Made by a program: the position numbers and the translations under genes. A DNA stretch of 64,000 nt from an uncultured Pseudomonadales bacterium (GTDB lineage Bacteria; Patescibacteriota; Microgenomatia; UBA1400; PJMF01), in assembly GCA_964633875.1 (NCBI GenBank), contig CAZWKL010000005.1, forward strand, positions 12,412-76,411. The letters run 5' to 3'. The notes beneath the pieces were generated by a model, which was not told the DNA's origin, did no database searches, and worked only from the letters and a program-made list of their open reading frames with translations. Numbering within the stretch: position 1 is the first letter of the stretch; each line of letters begins with the position of its first letter. This document shows positions 58,352-64,000 of the stretch, in pieces.

Positions 58352-59038
58352 TTATTCTTGGGAAGATACCTGCCAATATCTGATCCAGGAAATTACCAAA
58401 ACGATAAACTGTAATAACAGGAGAACGGCCCAGATGGAGCCAATATAGACAGCATGCAAAAAGATGAAAATCATAATAATATAGGTAAGGCGGTGAATCA
58501 TGTGTCTCCAGTTACCCAGTAATTCAATAGCCAAGTCATTAGAAGTAATCCAGAGAGGAATGAGCAAAATCAAGGCCGTTAGTCCCCAAATTTGACCTTG
58601 CCAGATCTGTTCATACCAATAATGAAGCCCTTCCTGGATAACTGCAGGGAGAATAAAAATAAAAAGCAGATGAACAAACAAAAGCAAGAACATCAAAATG
58701 CCCATTCGCCTCCGAAAGATCACCAATAAATTGGCCAAAGGAACCGTGTACTCAGGTTTAACTTTCAGCCTTTTGAGAATGCCCGGAACCAAAGTCATTG
58801 AATACAAAAAAATCGCCGCCGAGCCGGCAAAATTGCCTATTTGCTCAATCGCTAGACGGTAGGTGTCATACTGTTGGATCAACAAGCTACTGCCCATCCA
58901 ACCCACCACAATCACGGTAATTTCCAAAAGTTGAAAAATTTTAATAAAGAAACCTTGCCAATCAATATCTACAGCGCGGATATTCGCTAACAGAGTACGC
59001 ACACCTTTTAGTATAACTAATACCAAACAATAGAACAA
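58352..59038 (-). CDS. Ferric reductase-like TM protein (MsrQ/YedZ-like)
   Basis: RRRMGI...H, ITSND, W..IHRLTY...H; start uncertain. Confidence 0.75.
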   Translation of the reverse strand: MFYCLVLVILKGVRTLLANIRAVDIDWQGFFIKIFQLLEITVIVVGWMGSSLLIQQYDTYRLAIEQIGNFAGSAAIFLYSMTLVPGILKRLKVKPEYTVPLANLLVIFRRRMGILMFLLLFVHLLFIFILPAVIQEGLHYWYEQIWQGQIWGLTALILLIPLWITSNDLAIELLGNWRHMIHRLTYIIMIFIFLHAVYIGSIWAVLLLLQFIVLVISWIRYWQVSSQE

Positions 59039-59053
59039 ACAACAAACAAAAAG

Positions 59054-59128
59054 AGGCGCAGACGGGATTCGAACCCGTGAATCGAAGGTTTTGCAGACCT
59101 CGCCATTAGACCACTTTGGTACTGCGCC
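59054..59128 (-). tRNA. tRNA-Cys(GCA)
   Basis: Reverse complement GGCGCAG...CTGCGCC-T, anticodon loop CT-GCA-AA. Confidence 0.93.
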
Positions 59129-59240
59129 GGCGGTATCTAGTTATTATAACCGAAGAAAATCTGGCTCAAAAAGCAAAAAGCCAAATAGAACTTTTAATCT
59201 GGTTTGAGAAAAAAGACCTTCCTGTATATAATGCACCCCT

Positions 59241-60233
59241 ATGGCGAAAACTCAATCATCAACAAAAACCAAAACTACAGTCAACGCTCCCAAGAAGAGC
59301 CCTATTATTGACAACACCGTCATCACCCTAACTTTGCCGGCAGCTGATACTGCCAAGGCATATAGACAAGCCCTCAACCGGTTGAAGAAAAATGTGGCTG
59401 CTCCAGGCTTTAGAAGAGGCGCTGTTCCTACCAAAATCGCCGAAGAAAAAATCGGCCCAAATGAAATCATTGAACATGCCCTGCAGCAACTGATTCCGGA
59501 CCTCTATCAAGCAGAAATCACTAAAAATAACTACCGCCCCTTGACTCAACCTGAATTTCATCCGGTCAAGCTAGAAAAAGGTAGTGACTGGGTGATTGAA
59601 GTTCATATTGCCCAAAAACCAGAGGTAAACCTTAAAAATTACCAAAATGTAGTTAAGAAAGCCAAAAAAGCTGCTGCCAAGCACCTCGAGGAGCAAATCA
59701 AAGAGACTAAAAAGGCTCATGCCAAAACTGTGGCATCAGTAACAAAAAAAGATCCGGAAGAGGGTAAAAAAGCGGCTGAAACGGCAAAAAATCTTACTGA
59801 GCCTAATGAAGAGCAGAAAAAAGAACACGAACTCAGCCATATTTACCAGGCTTTGGTCGAGGAAAATGGTCCACAAATTCCTGAGCTTTTAGTCAAAGAA
59901 GAAGTAAGATATGAGCTCAATAACTTAGTGGGCAAACTTGAGGGCATGAATATGAAACTTGAAGATTTTTTGCAACACCAAGGCATTACCTTCGAACAAC
60001 TTTCAGCCCAATTTGCGTCTGAAACACTGGGAAGAATTCAGCTCACTTTCCTTTTAGACGCGATTGCAGCAGAGGAAAAACTTGAGGTGACTGACCAGGA
60101 AATTGAAGAGCAACTCGATAAAATTGAGGACCAAAAGCTCCGAGCAGAGCAAAAGAATAATCCTCAGTACCGTGCTTTAATCGAGCAAACTCTCAAGCGT
60201 CGCAAGGTGGCAAATTTTGTTGCGTCTTTATAA
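59241..60233 (+). CDS. tig: Trigger factor lacking the PPIase domain
   Basis: PGFRRGAVP ribosome-binding motif, P.V.L..Y, C-domain LDAIA..E.LEVT..EI. Confidence 0.85.
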   Translation: MAKTQSSTKTKTTVNAPKKSPIIDNTVITLTLPAADTAKAYRQALNRLKKNVAAPGFRRGAVPTKIAEEKIGPNEIIEHALQQLIPDLYQAEITKNNYRPLTQPEFHPVKLEKGSDWVIEVHIAQKPEVNLKNYQNVVKKAKKAAAKHLEEQIKETKKAHAKTVASVTKKDPEEGKKAAETAKNLTEPNEEQKKEHELSHIYQALVEENGPQIPELLVKEEVRYELNNLVGKLEGMNMKLEDFLQHQGITFEQLSAQFASETLGRIQLTFLLDAIAAEEKLEVTDQEIEEQLDKIEDQKLRAEQKNNPQYRALIEQTLKRRKVANFVASL

Positions 60234-60268
60234 TCAGCGATCCAGCCAGAGAAATCCCTAACATAGCG

Positions 60269-60297
60269 TTGACATTTACGCCTGGTAATCCTATAAT
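60269..60297 (+). promoter_or_regulatory. Consensus sigma70 promoter
   Basis: TTGACA-17 nt-TATAAT. Confidence 0.85.
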
Positions 60298-60336
60298 TGC
60301 GCAAATTAAACTTGCACACTGAATGTGCAGATTACC

Positions 60337-61005
60337 ATGAACAACAACGGACAGAAAAAATCACCAGGCACAAACGGCACTAGTCCTGCGAATAATCCAT
60401 TTGCCAGGGCCTTGGCTGAAACTGAAAAATCATCCTATAACAATCAGCAATCCGCAGGTGCAGCAAAGAAAAACCCCTTCAGCGAGGCCCTCGCCAAAAC
60501 CGGCGATGGACTGACTGATGACTATTTGTTTGACTCAGAATGGGAAGCCATCCAAAAGCAAAAGCTTAAGGAAGAGCAGCAGCGTGAAGCACTCAAACGC
60601 AAGCTGCATGACAGGGTTAATCCCGTTGACAACAAAGATCTTTTTGATGCCAGGGAAAAACAGGTCAAAAAAGAGATTGAAGAGTTGCGCAAAGAGCTTA
60701 AATTGCTCTCCAAAGAAGTGGCCGCTTTCGACCGAGATATTGAGCTTACCCTCATGACCGAAACAGTCGATCCGGGTGAAGGCAAATACTACATCAATTT
60801 CTTCCAAAAACTCAGGGCTTTTATTATGCTGCTGAGAAAACGAATTCACAGCGCCAGAACTTGGGCCACTCAAATGCAAACTAAGAAAAGAAAAAAGCGC
60901 GGCGCGGGCTTGATGAGTCTTGAAGGCAAAGGCGGTCACGAAAAAACCAAAACCATTTATGACATGATGCATCATGAGGTTAGCAATGCCAGGAGTGGAG
61001 GGTAA
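60337..61005 (+). CDS. CPR-type coiled-coil protein (DUF5660-like)
   Basis: Coiled coil then V.PG..YY.NFF.KL...I..A.TW...K.KK. Confidence 0.6.
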   Translation: MNNNGQKKSPGTNGTSPANNPFARALAETEKSSYNNQQSAGAAKKNPFSEALAKTGDGLTDDYLFDSEWEAIQKQKLKEEQQREALKRKLHDRVNPVDNKDLFDAREKQVKKEIEELRKELKLLSKEVAAFDRDIELTLMTETVDPGEGKYYINFFQKLRAFIMLLRKRIHSARTWATQMQTKKRKKRGAGLMSLEGKGGHEKTKTIYDMMHHEVSNARSGG

Positions 61006-61051
61006 TGTTTGGTAGACCAGCGCCTCAATTTCTTGCTATAATGCACTCCTC

Positions 61052-61108
61052 AAATAAGAACTCGTAGCTCAGTTGGTTAGTCCGCCTACGGCGGAGACAT
61101 CGAAGAGG
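61052..61108 (+). pseudogene. Partial 5' duplicate of tRNA-Val(GAC) interrupted by palindrome TCCGCCTACGGCGGA (61081-61095)
   Basis: Same 29-nt and 13-nt arms as the locus 74 nt downstream; AGCGCTTCGTT replaced. Confidence 0.9.
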
Positions 61109-61131
61109 GCGGGAGGTTGAAAATTAAATAA

Positions 61132-61205
61132 GAACTCGTAGCTCAGTTGGTTAGAGCGCTTCGTTGACATCGAAGAGGTCAGAGGTTCGAGTCCTCTCGA
61201 GTTCA
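61132..61205 (+). tRNA. tRNA-Val(GAC)
   Basis: GAACTCG...CGAGTTC-A, anticodon loop TT-GAC-AT. Confidence 0.95.
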
Positions 61206-61514
61206 CCCTAGATCCGATTTTTCAACTGGTTCCAAACAAGTGACTACAAACTCGTGTCTGGTTCCCCTATCTTTAAAAGGCAGCTCTGCGTACTCAATTG
61301 TAAATGACTTTGCTTCTCTAAATTGCTCAAGTTTTTCCTTCAAACGACTCATCTGCCTATTAAAAAGCCAGCCCCCAGTAGCAACCACGCAGTTTAATTG
61401 GTCGCCTGGCTTCATCGCCTTACACAGCTCCAACAACCTAGGAAAGTTTATAGGCTCAGAGAATGTTAACTCAGCATTTTGCACTGGACCAATATCTTTA
61501 TTATGTTCATGCAT
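61203..61514 (-). CDS. Small hypothetical protein, AT-rich, convergent on tRNA-Val
   Basis: RBS AAGGAG before ATG 61514; about 103 aa. Confidence 0.55.
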   Translation of the reverse strand: MHEHNKDIGPVQNAELTFSEPINFPRLLELCKAMKPGDQLNCVVATGGWLFNRQMSRLKEKLEQFREAKSFTIEYAELPFKDRGTRHEFVVTCLEPVEKSDLG

Positions 61515-61697
61515 TTTTCTCCTTCCTATTAAATTACCAAAATATATCATAACATACTATTTTCTCCCTATTCCCCTCAAGTGAACTCTGATATAATAGT
61601 ATTTCTGAAAACGGCTATATCCGGCTTGGTCTACAGGGCAAAGTAGGGTATAATTCCATCCGTTCAGCGTATCAAAGAGAAAGGATAGTAGAAAAAA

Positions 61698-62231
61698 GTG
61701 GCACATAATCCATACAAAAGAAAAGATCGCATTGCTCACAATCAATTTATCAGGGCTGATGAGGTCAGGGTGATTGACGATAAAGGTGAGCAGGTCGGCG
61801 TCATGCCCACCAGAGAAGCTATCGCCAGAGCCAAAGAGCAGGATAAAGATTTAGTTTTGATCACCGGGCAAACGAATCCGCCGGTGGCCAAAATTATTGA
61901 ACTGGCCAAATACAAGTATCAGCTTCAGCAAAAAAATGCTGCCAGCCGGAAGAAAGCCAAGTCGCAAGATATTAAGGAAGTCCGTTTCACACCCTTTATG
62001 GGAGCAGGGGACTTTGAATCCAGGCTTAAAAAAGTCAAAAACTTTCTGGAAAAAGGTGACAAGGTCCGCCTCAGTCTGATGTTTAAAGGCAGGGCCATCA
62101 CCAAAAAAGAATTTGGATATGATATTTTTGCCAATGTTATTGAGGCGACCAAAGATATTGCCGCGGTGGAAATGGAGCCAAAATTGTTGGGCAAAAAGTT
62201 AATTGCTCAGCTGATGCCAGTCAAAAACTAA
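61698..62231 (+). CDS. infC: Translation initiation factor IF-3
   Basis: N..IRA.EVRVID, PPVAKI, KEVRF, FLEKGDKV...FKGR. Confidence 0.95.
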   Translation: MAHNPYKRKDRIAHNQFIRADEVRVIDDKGEQVGVMPTREAIARAKEQDKDLVLITGQTNPPVAKIIELAKYKYQLQQKNAASRKKAKSQDIKEVRFTPFMGAGDFESRLKKVKNFLEKGDKVRLSLMFKGRAITKKEFGYDIFANVIEATKDIAAVEMEPKLLGKKLIAQLMPVKN

Positions 62232-62253
62232 AGGCAATTAAAGACAAAGGAGA

Positions 62254-62460
62254 ATGATGAAAAAAATCAAACAGAAAACCAGAAAAGGGGTAACTCGCCG
62301 TTTTAAGATCACCAAAACCGGCAAAGTTTTACGGCGCTCACAAAACATGCGCCACCTTAGGCGCAAGAAAAGCAAAAAAGCCATCAGAAAATACCGCAAA
62401 CCGGTTGAAGTCACCGGTAAAATAGCCAAAAAAATTAAACAAATGGTCGGGCAAGCTTAA
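62254..62460 (+). CDS. rpmI: 50S ribosomal protein L35
   Basis: KTRK...RRFKITKTGKV; infC-rpmI-rplT synteny. Confidence 0.95.
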   Translation: MMKKIKQKTRKGVTRRFKITKTGKVLRRSQNMRHLRRKKSKKAIRKYRKPVEVTGKIAKKIKQMVGQA

Positions 62461-62533
62461 TTGCGCCAATAAAAATTAACAGACAGGATCACCTGTCGGC
62501 CCTCAGCGAATAGCACCGGGCGAGAAAGTCAAT

Positions 62534-62890
62534 ATGGCAAGGACAAAAACTGGCACCACCAGAAAAAAACGCCACAAGAAAATTTTAAAATTAGCCAAAG
62601 GCTATCGCGGCACCAACAGCCGCTTGTACAAACGCGCCAAAGAAGCTGTGCTTCACGCTGGCCAATACGCCTACGTCGGGAGGAAGCTCCGCAAACGCGA
62701 CTTTCGCAAACTCTGGATTGTCCGTATTAGCGCCGCGGTCAAAGAAGCTGATCCGAGCTACAATTATTCACGTTTCGTTCGCGATCTTAAAACTGCCAAT
62801 GTCGAGCTCAATAGAAAAATGCTCAGTGAGTTGGCTGTACATGATTTTCCGGCTTTCAAAACGGTGGTTGAGAAGATTAAAAGTAAATAA
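62534..62890 (+). CDS. rplT: 50S ribosomal protein L20
   Basis: AKGYRG, RKRDFRKLWIVRI, LNRKMLSELA. Confidence 0.97.
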   Translation: MARTKTGTTRKKRHKKILKLAKGYRGTNSRLYKRAKEAVLHAGQYAYVGRKLRKRDFRKLWIVRISAAVKEADPSYNYSRFVRDLKTANVELNRKMLSELAVHDFPAFKTVVEKIKSK

Positions 62891-62905
62891 AGTTTGGAAA
62901 TATGG

Positions 62906-62939
62906 GCCCCAGCTGGCAGCCGCCAGCTGGGGCTTTTTT
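62906..62939 (+). terminator. Intrinsic terminator after rplT
   Basis: GCCCCAGCTGGC-agcc-GCCAGCTGGGGC-TTTTTT. Confidence 0.85.
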
Positions 62940-62979
62940 AATAACTACCAATGGGTATGATATCTTTACCCAACCTAAG

Positions 62980-64000
62980 ATGAACAAAGTATTAATTTTA
63001 TTGCTCTCAACCATTATATTTTTGGCGCCCACCAACCTTTTTCTTAATTTAACTGAGCAATTTTCCTATGTCAGTGGCTTAAGAGTAGACTATTTAATCC
63101 CTAAACTTTACCTTTCACAAATTTTTGTCGCCGCTTTCGTGCTGCTCTCACTCCTCAAAGCCATCATCAACAAAAACCTCAACTTAGCCGCCATTCTTGC
63201 TTCACTACGCCGGCATCCTTTCCTGTCAAGTCTGCTTTTAATCTCCAGCGCGGTTATTGCCACCCACACCAGCTTACAAGCGCCTGTCGTCGGCTCCTGG
63301 CAACTGGGCAATTTGCTGCTAATTTGGACCTTGATGCTCAGCGCCGCCAGCCTACTAAAACCCAGCAAACAAAGAAAAGGAATTCCGACCGCTATTTACC
63401 TGGCGTTGACTGTGACCATTATTTTTCAATCCCTGGTGGGCATCTACCAATTCGTCCAACAAACCTCGGTTTATGGCTACAACCTGCTGGGCGAACCGAA
63501 TATTTCTAGTTACCTTAGTCTGGCCAAAACTACGCTGCAGGGCAGAGAACTGGTACTGCCTTACGGTACTACCGCTCATCCAAATCTGCTGGGTGGATTT
63601 TTGGCCATTTATCTGCTCACAATCTGGCTGGTCACTTTCTCTGCAAAAAACAACCCCGTTTGGAAATCCTTGCTGGCAATTTTAGCCAGCATTACCGGAA
63701 CCATTGCCCTGACGCTGACTTTTTCTGTTTCCGCTTGGCTGAGCCTCGGACTTGGCCTGGCTACTTTAGTGCTGAAGCGGCAGAAAATCTTGTTGAGTTT
63801 GGCAGCGGTGATTTTTATTGCCACCCCAATGATGGTTTATTTCTTCGCTGCCAATGGCCTAGCCTTGCCATTTATGGATCAAAATTCCATCCTGCGCCGC
63901 AGCTACCTCAACACCGCTGCTATTAGAATGGGCGGCTCAAACCCTCTGGCTGGAACAGGTCTGAATTCTTTTACCCGGTATGTGGAGCAGTACAGCCCGG
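62980..64000 (+). CDS. O-antigen ligase (Wzy_C) family membrane protein, truncated by window end; absent from the ORF track
   Basis: Manual translation MNKVLILLL...GLRVDYLIPKLY...PYGTTAHPNLLGG...LTFS..AW...P..GTGLNSF. Confidence 0.8.
   Translation, partial: MNKVLILLLSTIIFLAPTNLFLNLTEQFSYVSGLRVDYLIPKLYLSQIFVAAFVLLSLLKAIINKNLNLAAILASLRRHPFLSSLLLISSAVIATHTSLQAPVVGSWQLGNLLLIWTLMLSAASLLKPSKQRKGIPTAIYLALTVTIIFQSLVGIYQFVQQTSVYGYNLLGEPNISSYLSLAKTTLQGRELVLPYGTTAHPNLLGGFLAIYLLTIWLVTFSAKNNPVWKSLLAILASITGTIALTLTFSVSAWLSLGLGLATLVLKRQKILLSLAAVIFIATPMMVYFFAANGLALPFMDQNSILRRSYLNTAAIRMGGSNPLAGTGLNSFTRYVEQYSP

Noticed and set aside
62482-62497. GGATCACCT between rpmI and rplT, matching the 16S 3' end
   Set aside because: 9-nt match explained by the local hairpin GACAGG-atca-CCTGTC; likely chance.

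Overview
Core-genome window of a Patescibacteria/CPR bacterium. The 16S primer-site variants and reduced gene forms point to the Microgenomates; this is inference, not a database result. Housekeeping content: a sugar-phosphate/glycolysis cluster (pmm, pgi/pmi, degenerate ppsA, eno, gpmI, tpiA, gap), lexA, uvrB-uvrA-uvrC, pcrA, clpB, lon, tRNA-modification genes, infC-rpmI-rplT, nine tRNA genes (one partial) and RNase P RNA. A stand-alone 16S rRNA gene carries a group I intron and a group II-type intron, each encoding a LAGLIDADG endonuclease. The most striking unexplained signal: three unrelated stable-RNA genes (tRNA-Phe, 16S rRNA, tRNA-Val(GAC)) are each preceded by a copy of their own 5' end in which 11-13 internal nt are replaced by a 15-nt palindrome TCCGCC-N3-GGCGGA. 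The same palindrome also sits in the rRNA leader and trailer, the group I intron and RNase P RNA. Also notable: a 7TM / ATP-grasp ligase / DUF1704 carboxypeptidase cluster (candidate peptide-tag writer/eraser), variant CIRCE operators including an orphan facing lexA, and apparent pseudo-enzymes (ppsA without His domain, enolase without catalytic Glu). All calls come from reading the sequence by eye; no searches were run.
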